Source: an uncultured Acidobacteriota bacterium
GTDB lineage: Bacteria > Acidobacteriota > UBA6911
Assembly: GCA_963809485.1 (NCBI GenBank)
Contig: CAWEJX010000004.1
Span: 352,001 to 416,000 of the forward strand
Reading direction: 5' to 3'
DNA length: 64,000 bases
Within the stretch, counting starts at the first letter, position 1. Each line of letters opens with the position of its first letter. A program made the position numbers and the translations under genes. Of this stretch, positions 53,201-64,000 are shown piece by piece. Below the pieces are notes generated by a model that had not been told where the DNA came from, ran no database searches, and was given only the letters and a program-made list of their open reading frames with translations.

Positions 53201-56200
53201 CTGTGGCGTTGATCTGCCGCAGCACGATCTGGTTGTGTGTCCACGCAAGGTCGAAGACTCGATCGGCCAGACGACGATCCTGGTATTTCTCAACAAGGCT
53301 CAGGCACGCATCACGCGTCGCGCCGATGCCGGTAACAATATTGATCGTTGCCGTTTTCTCCGGATCGAGCGTTATCTGATGACGGATTGCGGCGATCGGA
53401 TCCAGCACGGACCCCTCGCTGCCCGAGAGCGCCCCAGGATCGGTCATCGCTCGCGGATCGGCAGCACTATGCCCCCGGCCTATGAAACGCATCCGATCCG
53501 TTTCATAGGAAACTTCACCGATCTCCGCCCCATGAACAGCCATTAGGTGAAACATCCATGGCTCCTGCTCGCCGGCTGACCGGGGCCGACGAGTGCAGAG
53601 GATCGCCTGCCGCTGGCGGATGATTTCGGTCCGAACAAAGAGATTGCTGAGCGCCGGATGCAGCGCGTCCGCGGCAGGCGATGTGAGAACAACTTCAGCA
53701 TAACTCGTTACCTCGATGACCTTGCGTATCCGGGACTGGTTGGTTATGCGGATCCGGCGCAGCTCGATATCGTCCTCGGGCGAAACGCTGATCTCAGTGT
53801 GAGTGTCGAACTCGTGATTGCGGCAGCGGAACTCAGCTCGCGCCTCCGAGAAAATCGCTTCGTAGCCCTGCAATTGCTTAAGCGCCGGCTGATATGCGGT
53901 CGACCAGAATTCTCCGCTCGCCGTGTCGCGGATATAACAGAACGTGCCCCAGTTATCGCTAGTTCGGTCTTCATGCCAGCGCGTGACGGCAATGTTCTTC
54001 CAGCAACTGTACCCGCCGCCCGCGTTTGTGACCATTACATGGTACCTGCCGTTCGATAGCAACTGCACCTCCGGCATAGGAGTGTCGGGACTGCTGAAAA
54101 CACGGATCGACGTCTCCGGGCCGTTGGAGGTTGCAGATGTATCGGAGATCTCGGCGGTGTGCCAATGGAACGCCGAGGCCTTTGGAATACGCTCCTGGAG
54201 CAAAAGCATGGTTGCCTGGAACGACGGATCCGACTCGAACCGCTTCTGCATCGGATGGTTCAGAAGCAGATCGGCCAGAGAGAGAAAACTCATGCCCTCG
54301 TGATGCGCCATGAACGATCGGACCACGGCGCTCGATTGCCCACGCGGCAAATGCGACGGAGTGTAGTCGATTGCTTCATAGAGACCGTATTTCCCTTCCA
54401 GCCCTTCTGCGGCAAGTCGCTCAAGATTCAGGCAGGCCTGCTCGGGCTTCACCATCAGCGCGAGCGCCGAAGCATACGGCGCAATAACCAGATCTTCGGC
54501 TAGTCCACGTTTAAGTCCAAGGCTCGGCACGCCAAACGCGCGATACTGGTAGGTAAGATGGACGTCTAACGCGTTGTAGCAGGATTCAGAAATGCCCCAC
54601 GGTACTCGGCGTTTCCTGCCATATTCGATCTGCCTCTCCACGGCCTCCTTATAGGTCTGGTCGAGCAGCGTATTCTCATGCGTTGGCATCACCAGAAGCG
54701 GCATGAGGTACTCGAACATCGAGCCGCTCCATGAAAGGAGAACCGGCTGTCCGCCGGGACCCGTGAGCAAACGGCCCAGGGCAAACCAGCCTTCCTGTGG
54801 CAGTTGTCCCTGCGCAATCGCCACAAAACTGCAGAATCTGGCTTCCGAAGCCAGCAGGTCGTAATAGCTCGAGTCCCGCCGTCGCTCACTAACGTTATAC
54901 CCGATCGCCAATAGATGGTTGCCCTTGTCGAACAAAAAGCTATAGTCCATATCAGCGAGTTCACCGGATTGCATCGCAAGGCCTTCAATGGCGGCAATTC
55001 TCGCCTTGGCCCGCCGGGTCCCCTCCGTGATAAGCCTTTGAATTTCGCTAAACCATTCGCTCTCAGCCGGGCACGCCTCCAAGCCAAGCTGGTCCTTGAT
55101 TGCCGGCAGCAGCTTTAGATCAAGCCTTGCCAATTCGCGCAACGTTGGGATTTCATCGAGGCTCGGAAACTCGCTGAGTCTATTCGGGGATGTCTGAAGC
55201 GATATCCACGGAACAAGAAACTTCAGCTCATCGAGGGCATCCTGGCATTGCCGCGCAAGGGCGAGTGCCCACCGCTTTGCCTCGCTCTCGGGATCAGCAT
55301 CCAGGCTATCCGCTACCTTAGCGGCGAAGCCCGCCAACCGGCCGAGGCGTTGCCGTGCCTCCGCGAGCGTGGATGGCGGGGAATCGGATTCCAAATCCTT
55401 TTGAAGCTGATTGAGCCGGGTTGGAGCTGTTCCTCTGGTAGCGTCCACGAGGATTCTCAGCGTGTCCCTGGGCCCGTCAAACAATCGCGCTCCCAGGATT
55501 TTGCAGTCTGGAAGTGCGAACAGCCCCTGCCGAAGGGTCAGTAAATGACCCGCGAGGTTTCCGCTGTCTACTGTCGAAATGTACATGGGCAGCAGCGGCT
55601 TCAAGGACAGCGTGTCGTACCAGTTATAGAAGTGGCCTCTGTGGCGCTCCAATGCTTCCATCGTGCGCAGTGCGTTTGCTGTGCGTTCCAGGAGTTGGCC
55701 GGCCGAGATGTATCCAAAATCGTATGCGGACAGATTCGCCAGCAACGCAAGTCCCATGTTCGTCGGCGACGTGCGGTGTCCGACGATTGCAGCCGGCTGC
55801 TCCTGATAGTTGTCAGGCGGCAGCCAATGATCCTCCGAGCCGACGAATGTTTCGAAGTAGGCCCAGGTCTTCCGGGAAAGCTTTTGAAGAAAGATAGTCT
55901 GGTCGGCTGTCAGCCGTGCTGCGCGGCGAGAGAGCGGCCGGCTAATCCACCATGCGATAATGGGGGAGGCGAGCCAGATTGCCAGTATTGGCGCAGCCGC
56001 ACCGGCAGCGGCCGGCTTTGCGAGCGCCAGATGGACTGCAGTGGCAACCGCAATCGCGGGGGCAAGCCACATCATTCGCCAGAAAGCCGCGATATCCGTG
56101 CGGCGATTGCGATCCGGATCGACCGAGAGACTCCATTCGAGAATTCTCCTGTGCGTAACCAGCATCCGAACAGCAGTACGCACAATCGCATCCAGACTGA

Positions 56201-58940
56201 AGTATGCTTCGTAAGGGAGACATAGGATCATAAATGCCGCCTGCGCGAAGTGCCTGGTTGCGCCATGCACTCCGGCGGCGAGATGTTGACTCAAAACTGC
56301 ATCATCCGGTTTTCGAAGCAGATCCAACACGAAGGTTATCAAAGAAGGAATCAGGATAATTCCAGCGATAGACAGGGTCCAAAACCATGGCCGTGACATG
56401 AGCATCCAGCCCAATAGCAGAAGCGCTGTCAACGCTGCAGACACGAGACTGCGGCGAAGATTGTCGAGGATTTTCCATCGAGACAATCCGGAGAGCGGAT
56501 TCTTCTGCCGGCGCCCGCCGAGACCGGGAACGCGCGGCAGCAGCCATCGTGCAATTTGCCAATCTCCGCGAATCCAGCGGTGCCGACGATCTACATCCGC
56601 GCTGTAGTCGCATGGATACTCCTCATACAACGGTACATCACTCAACAATCCCGAGCGTGCGTAGCACCCTTCCAGAAGGTCGTGGCTGAGAATCCGGTTT
56701 TCTGGCAATCGCCCCTTGAGCGACTGCTCGAACGCATCAACATCATAGATCCCCTTGCCGATGAACGAGCCTTCATGAAAGAGGTCCTGATAAACATCGG
56801 AGACGGCGCGTGTGTATGGGTCGATGCCGGGCTCACTCCCGAACAGCTTCGCGTAGCGCGACCGGTTCGAACCCGGAAGACTTGATGCCACACGCGGCTG
56901 AAGGATGCCATATCCATCACCAATGCGCTGCTTATCTTCATCGTACCGCGGACGATTCAGCGGGTGCGCCATGGCTCCAACAAGCTGACAGGCCGAATCG
57001 CGCGGGAGTTGCGTGTCGGTATCAAGCGTAATCACATACTTCACGTTCGATAAGACTTCGGTTGCGCCGATCACCTCCGAAAAATGATCCTCAGCGCCTC
57101 CGCGCAGAAGCGAATTTAGCTCTGCAAGCTTCCCTCGTTTGCGCTCGTACCCCATCCAAATTTTTTCTCCGGGATTCCATCGGCGCGGGCGATGAAAGAG
57201 GAAAAAAGCGCTGCCTTTTGCATTCCAGTATTTTTGGTTCAACTCCTCAATTCGCTTCCGGGCGAGCCGCAGCAGCGGCTCGTCCTCCGGAAGCGTTTCT
57301 TTCTGCGCGTCAGGGAAATCCGTCAATAGGCCGAAATGCAGGTTGTCGTCTCGATTTGCCAGAAAACGAACCTCGAGCGCCTCGACCAGATCTTCGATGT
57401 TTTGGACACTTGAGAGCCTGGTCGGGATCACAACCAGCGTGCGTGATTCCGGCGGAATTCCTGTGGAGAAATCCATGCGCGGCAGCAAGTCCGGCGTTGA
57501 CAGCAATCCCGCCAGCCAGTTTGCAAGCGTAACCGCCAGATGACTTCCGCACAGCAGCAAAGGGACGCCAATCAGGACGAGTAGAAAAACAGGCAATCCG
57601 TCGCTATGCGCCTCCACCAGTAATCCTCCGGCAATAATCACCGTGATCAAGGTGACGGCGCCCAGATAGAGGAGCAACGGAAACCGGCGGCTCTTTCGCT
57701 GCAAAGCCGCCCGGATAGATTGGCGCTCCTCTGCCATTCGTTCGAACTCCGGCAAGCCTCTATCGATCAGGTAAAATCCAACATGGGCCTCCCGGTCATT
57801 GCGGCCTTTCTGAGCCGCTCCCTCGCAGGCTAATTGGATCGCTTTGCGCGCGACCTCGCCTTCGGATAGTTTGCTGCGCTTCGCTATCCTCTCAACCACG
57901 TGACGGTATCTATCACGGGTGGCAAAATCCATCTTGCCGTAGATTTCGCCGGGATCGGAACGTAAGGTCTGCTCGACGACGCTCATGGTCTCGACGAACT
58001 CTCGCCAATCCATCGCGCTTAGAAATCGGAGACTGCCGATACTGTTGCTTATGGAAACCTGATCGGCAGCCTGTTGCTGGTTCTCAGATCGAACTGATTT
58101 TTCGATCGTCCCGCCAGACTCGGAGAGACGCTGCTCAATCCAGGTAAGCGGCAACGCCAGAGCGGTACTCTGTCCCTGTAGCCGGCGCGCAAATTCCGCA
58201 ACAAACGAGCTCGACGCCGGAGGATTCGATCGCGCCATGTCCGCGACCACCAAAATCAGGTTCTTCGGATCCTTGTCGGAAATCTCAATCATCTCGTCGG
58301 CCCAATGGTCGGCGCGATTCTGGTCGGCCTTGTCGGCGGCTATCCGGGCTCCGACACGCCGGAGATTTTCAATCAACGCGAGACGCAGCATGATCGGGAT
58401 GGCCCACAATTCGCCCAACTTCAACGGGGTGACGGTCTGATAGCTTGCCACGAAGCTGCTGAGCGCTTCGGGATCCACGCGTCCATCACTGTGCGAAATC
58501 GTCTCCAGAGCAATGTCATACACCCGCGGAAGATGAGATGGATTGCTCAGCAAGCGGGGTAGTTCCCTGCTATAACCTTTTGGCAAGTGTCTCTTGGCCG
58601 TGTGAATCTGCTCCTCGATCAGATAAAAGTTATCGAGCAGCCACTCCCCGGCCGGTGTAATCCTGCGGTTCGCTTTAACAGCATCCGCGAGAAGGTTGCG
58701 GATGCCAATGAGTACTTCTTCATTCTCGGCCAGCCTTGTCAGAAGCCGGTCTGAAGCGCGTCCCATACTCAACTTGTGGGAGCCGGCCAGAGTCGCGCCA
58801 TGCTGCTTCATCTGGGCTCGGCTGAATAGCTCTGATCGCAGCGGCGGCTCGTTATCGCCATACGTCTTTTCCGGGCCATTACTGCGGAGGCTCGCACTGA
58901 AATGCCGCAGGTTTCCCATTACCGTCCGGCTTGCCTTCAA
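50232..58940 (-). CDS. ndvB: Cyclic beta-1,2-glucan synthase (GT84 + glucoamylase-like + GH94 phosphorylase domains)
   Basis: About 2900 aa; [92 protein letters not shown]. Start uncertain (58919/58940). Confidence 0.95.
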   Translation of the reverse strand: MKASRTVMGNLRHFSASLRSNGPEKTYGDNEPPLRSELFSRAQMKQHGATLAGSHKLSMGRASDRLLTRLAENEEVLIGIRNLLADAVKANRRITPAGEWLLDNFYLIEEQIHTAKRHLPKGYSRELPRLLSNPSHLPRVYDIALETISHSDGRVDPEALSSFVASYQTVTPLKLGELWAIPIMLRLALIENLRRVGARIAADKADQNRADHWADEMIEISDKDPKNLILVVADMARSNPPASSSFVAEFARRLQGQSTALALPLTWIEQRLSESGGTIEKSVRSENQQQAADQVSISNSIGSLRFLSAMDWREFVETMSVVEQTLRSDPGEIYGKMDFATRDRYRHVVERIAKRSKLSEGEVARKAIQLACEGAAQKGRNDREAHVGFYLIDRGLPEFERMAEERQSIRAALQRKSRRFPLLLYLGAVTLITVIIAGGLLVEAHSDGLPVFLLVLIGVPLLLCGSHLAVTLANWLAGLLSTPDLLPRMDFSTGIPPESRTLVVIPTRLSSVQNIEDLVEALEVRFLANRDDNLHFGLLTDFPDAQKETLPEDEPLLRLARKRIEELNQKYWNAKGSAFFLFHRPRRWNPGEKIWMGYERKRGKLAELNSLLRGGAEDHFSEVIGATEVLSNVKYVITLDTDTQLPRDSACQLVGAMAHPLNRPRYDEDKQRIGDGYGILQPRVASSLPGSNRSRYAKLFGSEPGIDPYTRAVSDVYQDLFHEGSFIGKGIYDVDAFEQSLKGRLPENRILSHDLLEGCYARSGLLSDVPLYEEYPCDYSADVDRRHRWIRGDWQIARWLLPRVPGLGGRRQKNPLSGLSRWKILDNLRRSLVSAALTALLLLGWMLMSRPWFWTLSIAGIILIPSLITFVLDLLRKPDDAVLSQHLAAGVHGATRHFAQAAFMILCLPYEAYFSLDAIVRTAVRMLVTHRRILEWSLSVDPDRNRRTDIAAFWRMMWLAPAIAVATAVHLALAKPAAAGAAAPILAIWLASPIIAWWISRPLSRRAARLTADQTIFLQKLSRKTWAYFETFVGSEDHWLPPDNYQEQPAAIVGHRTSPTNMGLALLANLSAYDFGYISAGQLLERTANALRTMEALERHRGHFYNWYDTLSLKPLLPMYISTVDSGNLAGHLLTLRQGLFALPDCKILGARLFDGPRDTLRILVDATRGTAPTRLNQLQKDLESDSPPSTLAEARQRLGRLAGFAAKVADSLDADPESEAKRWALALARQCQDALDELKFLVPWISLQTSPNRLSEFPSLDEIPTLRELARLDLKLLPAIKDQLGLEACPAESEWFSEIQRLITEGTRRAKARIAAIEGLAMQSGELADMDYSFLFDKGNHLLAIGYNVSERRRDSSYYDLLASEARFCSFVAIAQGQLPQEGWFALGRLLTGPGGQPVLLSWSGSMFEYLMPLLVMPTHENTLLDQTYKEAVERQIEYGRKRRVPWGISESCYNALDVHLTYQYRAFGVPSLGLKRGLAEDLVIAPYASALALMVKPEQACLNLERLAAEGLEGKYGLYEAIDYTPSHLPRGQSSAVVRSFMAHHEGMSFLSLADLLLNHPMQKRFESDPSFQATMLLLQERIPKASAFHWHTAEISDTSATSNGPETSIRVFSSPDTPMPEVQLLSNGRYHVMVTNAGGGYSCWKNIAVTRWHEDRTSDNWGTFCYIRDTASGEFWSTAYQPALKQLQGYEAIFSEARAEFRCRNHEFDTHTEISVSPEDDIELRRIRITNQSRIRKVIEVTSYAEVVLTSPAADALHPALSNLFVRTEIIRQRQAILCTRRPRSAGEQEPWMFHLMAVHGAEIGEVSYETDRMRFIGRGHSAADPRAMTDPGALSGSEGSVLDPIAAIRHQITLDPEKTATINIVTGIGATRDACLSLVEKYQDRRLADRVFDLAWTHNQIVLRQINATEADAQLYGRLASSVIYANSSLRADPGILLKNSRGQSGLWGYAISGDLPIVLLRIRDAANIDLVRQLVQAHAYWRLKGLAVDLVIWNEDLAGYRQDLHEQIMGLIAAGTEANVTDRPGGIFVRPAEQMSNEDRILLQTVARAIITDSRGSLADQINRRGPVEAPVPRLRPTRTGSAEPPAAAALPRRDLVFFNGLGGFTPDGREYVITTARGQVTPAPWVNVLANPHFGTIISESGIGCTWSENAHEFRLTPWVNDPVSDSSGEALYIRDEESGYFWSPTPLPSPGAKPYATRHGFGYSVFEHTERGIRSELWAYVAMDAPIKFMMLKVRNESGRSRSLSATGYVEWVLGDLRPKSAMHIITEVDSTSGALFARNPYNTEFADRVAFYDVDNEIRNISGDRTEFLGRNGTLRNPAAMTHSKLSGRVGAALDPCAAIQVPFELADGEEREFIFRLGAGHDADDAGNLTHRFRGSIAARAALEAVWQYWNQTLGAVNVETPDQSLNVLANGWLLYQTLSCRLWARNGYYQPGGAFGFRDQLQDVMALIHAEPQLVRAHLLRCAARQFQEGDVQHWWHPPSGRGVRTHCSDDSLWLPLATSRYVLSTGDTGVLDEAVHFIEGRPVSAEEDSYYDLPSQSEKVASLYEHCRGAIVRGLRFGEHGLPLIGSGDWNDGMNMVGEHGQGESIWLGFFLHEVLMQFEEVARRYGDVSFAERCWQEAARVRQKIEQNGWDGEWYRRAYFDDGSPLGSASNPECQIDSIAQSWSVLSGAGNADRSRMAMAAVDQRLVRRDHALIQLLDPPFDRSDLNPGYIKGYVPGVRENGGQYTHAAIWAVMAFAALGEKQRAWELFAMINPVNHAKSPERIAAYKVEPYVVAADVYALSPHIGRGGWTWYTGSAGWMYRLIVESLLGLKLEVDRLRFAPCLPADWKSFKVHYRYRETLYHIDILQTLASDGGMTVTVDGIKQDGETIPLVDDRQEHSVEVIIYVVSP

Positions 58941-59224
58941 GTTGATCCCCCCTATTTGGCAGCAAACTCTCAAAAACGCGGACCGCAACCAGAGACGCTC
59001 ATTGGGATCGGTCCCGGAGCGGATCGATCCGTTCGATCCCAAAACCTGCGATGCTGTTTTCGCTTTAGCCGGACACAGCAATTGTTGTTTGCGCTGTTTT
59101 GTTTTCCAGTCCCGATGCCTGCCGCAAGAGTCCGACAGCGCTTTTTAAAATGAAGTCGAAGAAGCAAAAAAACGCCCGGGGCCTAATCCTTGTCGTTAGG
59201 ACGCATTCCAGTGACAGGCAATGA

Positions 59225-60613
59225 CTACTCCTTGATGCAATTGACGCGCTGACTTTTAAAATCTGCGTATGCCTTGCAGTCCACACGGATATTGCTCCGG
59301 TACGAGAGATTGGCCACAAGGCTGATTAGCGGCGCGCGGCGCTGCCACACGTTGCTGCATAGCCTCCGCAGAATGCGCGGCACGGAATAGAATTCCCGAT
59401 TGCAGGACATCATCTCCTGGATGACAGCGTCCAGAGACAGATTTGTATATTGAGCCACAGGATAGGTCAGCGTGTAGTACTTCCAGTCGCCCGGGTAAGT
59501 ATTGAGAGCGATGCGACCGTCCGCCTTCATCTGATCCCACAAGCGCGTACCGGGAAGGGGCGTTAGAAACAGAGCATTGAGATTGTCCAGGCCGTAATGG
59601 CTGGCCATGTCGGCGATACGTTCTCCGATGCCCGATTGGTCCACGTCCAAGCCGATGATAAAGGATCCCACGATCATTATGTTGTGTCGTTGTATGCGCC
59701 GGACGGAGGCGCGGATATCGCGGCCCTTCAAAAGGTTGAATTTCTTGCCGAGCTCCAGGAGCCCTTCCGGAGAGGGGGATTCAAAGCCGATGAAGACACC
59801 TCTGCACCCAGCCTTCGAGGCCAACGCCATGAGTTCTTCGTCATCGGCAAAGTTAATGGTGGCTTGGCCAACCCATTCCTTTTGCAGGTTTGCCTTCGCC
59901 ATGGCGCGGAACAGGTCTTTGGCGCGCGCGATGTGTCCCGTGCGAGTGCCAATGAGGTTGTCGTCAACCACCAAAACCCGTTTCTCGCGGATCGACTGGA
60001 ATTCCCGTATGACATCCGGAATAGGCCGCTGCCGGTAGCGGGCCCCGTTAAATGCCGTCACGCTGCAAAAGGTGCAGTTTAGGGGACAGCCGCGCGTGGT
60101 CTGAATGGCCCCAAAGGCATATTTTGCAGGCAACAGATCATGACGCGCAAGCGGGACATCCTTTATCTCGGCCAGCCCTCCGTTATATCGGGGCTTCAGG
60201 TTGCCCCGCCGGGCGTCCTCCAGGACCTGCGGCCAGACGGCCTCGGCTTCTCCCGTGACCACGGAATCCACGCGCGCCATGACCTCGTCCAGGCACATGG
60301 TGGCGTGGATGCCGCCCATGATGACGGGCACGCCCAGACGACGGAAGAAACCGGCTACTTCATAGGCGCGGTTCGCCTGCGAGGTGAAGGCGGTAATTCC
60401 CACCAGGTCCGGCCTCGGCATTGCCGGATAGTCAGGCTTACCAAGATTCTCGTCAACGATCGTAATCTCCCATTCTGGTGAAGTCAGGCCTGCGAGAACC
60501 ATAAGGCTGAGCGGCTTCCACACCCGGTAACGGTTCCATCGGCTTTCCTTGACTTTGACGATGCTTACCAGGGGATTGGATGGATTGATCAGATATAGTC
60601 GCATGGCGTCCAT
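59225..60613 (-). CDS. B12-binding radical SAM protein
   Basis: PLSLMVLAGLT...GGIHAT; TTRGCPLNCTFC; DDNL; IGFES; TPLPGTRLW. Confidence 0.92.
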   Translation of the reverse strand: MDAMRLYLINPSNPLVSIVKVKESRWNRYRVWKPLSLMVLAGLTSPEWEITIVDENLGKPDYPAMPRPDLVGITAFTSQANRAYEVAGFFRRLGVPVIMGGIHATMCLDEVMARVDSVVTGEAEAVWPQVLEDARRGNLKPRYNGGLAEIKDVPLARHDLLPAKYAFGAIQTTRGCPLNCTFCSVTAFNGARYRQRPIPDVIREFQSIREKRVLVVDDNLIGTRTGHIARAKDLFRAMAKANLQKEWVGQATINFADDEELMALASKAGCRGVFIGFESPSPEGLLELGKKFNLLKGRDIRASVRRIQRHNIMIVGSFIIGLDVDQSGIGERIADMASHYGLDNLNALFLTPLPGTRLWDQMKADGRIALNTYPGDWKYYTLTYPVAQYTNLSLDAVIQEMMSCNREFYSVPRILRRLCSNVWQRRAPLISLVANLSYRSNIRVDCKAYADFKSQRVNCIKE

Positions 60614-60992
60614 TCACTCAGAGATAGGAATTCAGCTTATACATACCCTGGCAGCAATCCGGTGTCAGCGCAGTTCTGCTCACGCTTATGTTCAAAATTG
60701 CTCATCCTGGATGTATTTGGCAAATTCGCTCAATGAACCATCCGGAAGGACCGGCCCGCGGGCCGACACCGCGGGATCATGGGACTGAAATGGTCATCCT
60801 GCTCGGTGAACGCCAATAATCGATGGCATAGGTTCGCGGACCATTGCTATCCGGTTCAAGCCTTCCTTTTGTGTATTCCCGAAAATCATACGTTTGTACT
60901 GCTCTGCGCTTCCGGAATGGGCAATCTATCTTTCCGCCCCTCCGGCTGAGCCGGGTTCATCATGGAGAATTGCAGAGGACTCGACATCGATT

Positions 60993-61650
60993 CTATTTGT
61001 GCAAGACTATGCCAAGGAGGCCACTATGGACCGTCAATCCGCTGCGGTCGTGGTCGATCAAGCCAAGGTTCCCGAACTTCCGCAAAAGGCGACTAATTTG
61101 CGATCGGGTCGTGCCGACCATTTGCGCCAGGCTATCCTGACTGACTTCTGGGAAGTATAGTTTCGGCTCTGCTTTCCTTGCCATAGTGAGCGAGCAGCAA
61201 TAGGATTTGAGCCAGACGGCTCTCGCTTGAGTTGAGAAGATGGTCAACGAGAGTTTCCTGGTATTGGCTTCTGCGTGAAAGCAGATGCTGGACAAACAGC
61301 TCCGAAATGTCGTGCTGTTCGTGGAGGATACGCGCCATCAGGGACTTCTCAATCTTGTCGAGAGTGCAATCTGTCATGGCCATAGCCGTCGCCATGCGCG
61401 ATGTCTGACCTGCAAGACATCCCTCACCGAAGAACTCGCCGGGGCTTAGAATGGCAACAATCGCCTCCTTGCCCTGTCGGGACATAACCGTGAGCTTCAC
61501 TTTGCCTCGCCTGAGATAGAACAAAGAATCCGCAGGCTGTCCTTGCCGGAAGATGCTGCGGTTCGTTCCGTATTCTATAATGGTCTTCCCGCGGAAGACG
61601 CCAGTGAGGACAGCTTCCCAATCGACAGTGTGGTCTTTCTTATCCGGCAT
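60993..61650 (-). CDS. Crp/Fnr-family transcriptional regulator (frameshift near 61150)
   Basis: IFRQGQPADSLFYL..GKVKL...GEFFGEGCL; HTH VSQDSLAQMVGTTRSQIS in the adjacent frame. Confidence 0.9.
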
Positions 61651-61991
61651 AACAATCTCAGGCTGCTTGTTTTAGCTGAGCCGTAACATCAGGATCAACT
61701 TTTTTTGGGGCAATGCGTCCTGCCCGCTCACGAGTTAGCGTCACCGTAATGCGGTTTCACTTGGCTTTTGAAGGGCTCAGTAAAGACATCACAATTTTAC
61801 GTCAAACGGATATGATAATCAAACGGATGAGAGGCTCCGGCGACAATCCGCTGGCTTTCTACCGGCCTGGTGGGCAAGCTCTCATAGCCGCATTGGCCTT
61901 GTTTGAATAAGCTTAACCGCAGATTTCCACAGATCCAGGGCGCAGTATCGGTGAAAATCCGCAAAAGTCCGCGGTTGAATATTTTGGGGAA

Positions 61992-63476
61992 CTAAGGCGA
62001 CCGTTCAAAAATCTTGCGGAAGTGAAAGCCGTAGATTGCAAAGGTGATTGCCATCGGGAAAAGCTCGGGACGGCGAAACAGCGACCAGAAAAAAAGCTTC
62101 CAATAGTGGATTCGCTCTTTACCGACGACTCCCAAAAAGACAATGGATTTGGAAAGCGCTATAAGGTGGGTTGTGCGGATTCGTGCCCTTCTGCTATGAA
62201 GCGGCTTGTAGGTCCTCAGGAATTCAAGAACGCGCGCGTAGTATTCCTTTGGAGAGTAGATTGTCCCAACGACTTTCTTGTACCCGTCCAGGAGAACCTC
62301 AGCGTTCATCTTAGGGATGAAATTCAGCGAGAAGTCCGTGTTGTCCCCGGTGCTGGAACTCAGCAGCCTTCCCTCTGCGACTAATCGCTGATGAAGCCGG
62401 GTCCCGCGAGGGGCGTTCAGGATCCCGACCATGGCGGTGACAATACCGCTGTCACGTATGAATGCGATGAGTGTATTAAAAATTGACGGCGGATCATTGT
62501 CAAAACCCAGGATGAATCCCGCCGTAGACCTGAAGCCCGGAACGCTGGATGGCATGGACAGAGCCGAGCAAATCACGGTTCTTGTTGGGTATCTTCCTGC
62601 ATTCGAGCAGGCTGCTTTCGTTGGGGCTCTCGATACCCACAAAAACGCTTTCAAATCCTGCCCGCACCATCAGGTGCATCAGCTCCTCGTCATCAGACAT
62701 GTTGAGGGATGCCTCGGTGGAGAGAGAAAACGGATGGTCGTAGCGGTCCATCCACTCGATGAGACCGGGAAGAATCTGCTCCTTTAGTTTGCCTTTGTTC
62801 CCGATGAAGTTGTCATCGACGAAGAACACATGTCCGCGCCATCCGAGCAGGCGCAGCTGGTCCATCTCCGCGATGATTTGCTCAATGGTTTTTGTGCGCG
62901 GTACGCGCCCGTAAAGAACGGTGATATCGCAGAACTCGCAGTCGTAGGGACAGCCCCGCGAGTATTGAAGGTTCATGCTCGCGTAGTGGCGGAAGTCTAT
63001 GAGTTCCCAAAGAGGGGCCGGTGTCGTTGTGATGTCGGCCCACTGCGTTGTGGTGTAGAGATGCTGTGCGCGGGAATGGGCGAGATCCTCAAGAAAGAGC
63101 GGGAGGGTGATTTCCGCCTCATTCAGCACAAAGTGATCCACACCCTCGAATTCATCATGCCGTGCGGTAAACAGAGGGCCGCCGGCAACGACCTTTGTCC
63201 CGAGTCTGTTGCATCGCTCTATGACAGCTCTGTGCAGACGCCTCCTGAACGGACATCGCACTCAGAAACACATAGTCTGCCCGGGCTATCTCGCTGTCTT
63301 TGAGCGCACGGACATTGAGATCAACCAGCGTTTTCTGCCATTCGGCCGGGGAGCATGGCAGCCACGGTCAAAAGGCCCAGGGGCGGTTCGCCGGCTTTCT
63401 TTGAAACAAACCTTAATGCGTGCCTGAAGCTCCAGAATGTATCGGGAACCCGGGGGGAGACAAGGAGGATTTTCAT
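61992..63476 (-). CDS. B12-binding radical SAM protein with DUF4070 C-terminus (several frameshifts)
   Basis: Manual translation from 63476: [21 protein letters not shown]...[12 protein letters not shown]; [11 protein letters not shown]; DDNFIGN; GFILGFDND; AIYGFHFRK. Confidence 0.88.
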
Positions 63477-63597
63477 GGCACTCTTCCTTCGCAGTGAAGG
63501 CGGGACCGGAAAGGAAGGAATCTTGACAAAACGTTCTCTCGTCGGACTTCCCTTGTCACGCCATACAAAAGCACATGCGTTTGTGCGATACTTGATT

Positions 63598-63834
63598 TTA
63601 AGCCTTTCTCAAGGGCGAATCCATTCCCAGTTGAAACTCCCGGCATCGGGAAAGATCTTGCGCGTAGATCAAAGATATTGAAAGCGCAGCCCCTAAAACC
63701 AAAATCACGAAGTTTCGAGCACTGATCCTTGACGCCCTCCTTAGGATTTGATCCTTTGCAATTTGAAGGGTGCATTCAACCGGAGAGATCAGCCGCACGG
63801 ACGCGTCCGGCTGGCTCCTCCCGAACCACATCAT
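63598..63834 (-). pseudogene. Probable fragment of a secreted hypothetical protein
   Basis: Hydrophobic signal-like stretch ending IYAQDLSR.REFQLGM, then truncated. Confidence 0.3.
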
Positions 63835-64000
63835 GCCGTTCTCCCTTTATTGGGACTCGGCACTTGCGGCTCGTGCCCCTTTGCTTTCCAGCAATAGCTT
63901 CTTCCGCAACTCACGGGTGCGTTTTTGGCGGAGATTCCTTTTCATGCGTTCCCGATCAAACCTGGCTTTGTCGCCACTATATCAATATAATTTATGGATA

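Noticed and set aside
61992-63476. Hopanoid C-2 methylase HpnP
   Set aside because: The architecture is shared by a large family and there are no hpn genes nearby, so it cannot be assigned without a phylogeny.

Overview
About 64 kb of bacterial chromosome, most likely Acidobacteriota (two Oar-type TonB-dependent receptors, a kinase/TolB-propeller tail, ~55% GC). The organism probably uses selenocysteine and respires anaerobically. The left two-thirds is an accessory redox/catabolic region. It holds two DMSO-reductase-family Mo/W enzymes (one with FeS and NrfD partners), a xanthine-dehydrogenase-family pair, two FAD flavoproteins, an aldo/keto reductase, an SDR, a bicupin, a SnoaL protein, a flavodoxin, a tannase-fold protein with a rewired catalytic triad and a signal-peptide-bearing UGSC-type selenoprotein. 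Six of these genes carry Tat-like signals. Gene fragments and palindromic MITE/REPIN-like elements are interleaved throughout. The right third is a stress/envelope block: csp, groESL, cyclic beta-1,2-glucan synthase, a Crp/Fnr regulator and two B12 radical SAM enzymes. Many genes are split by single-base frameshifts, probably long-read consensus errors. I saw no rRNA, tRNA or CRISPR array. All family assignments come from motif recognition, not database searches.
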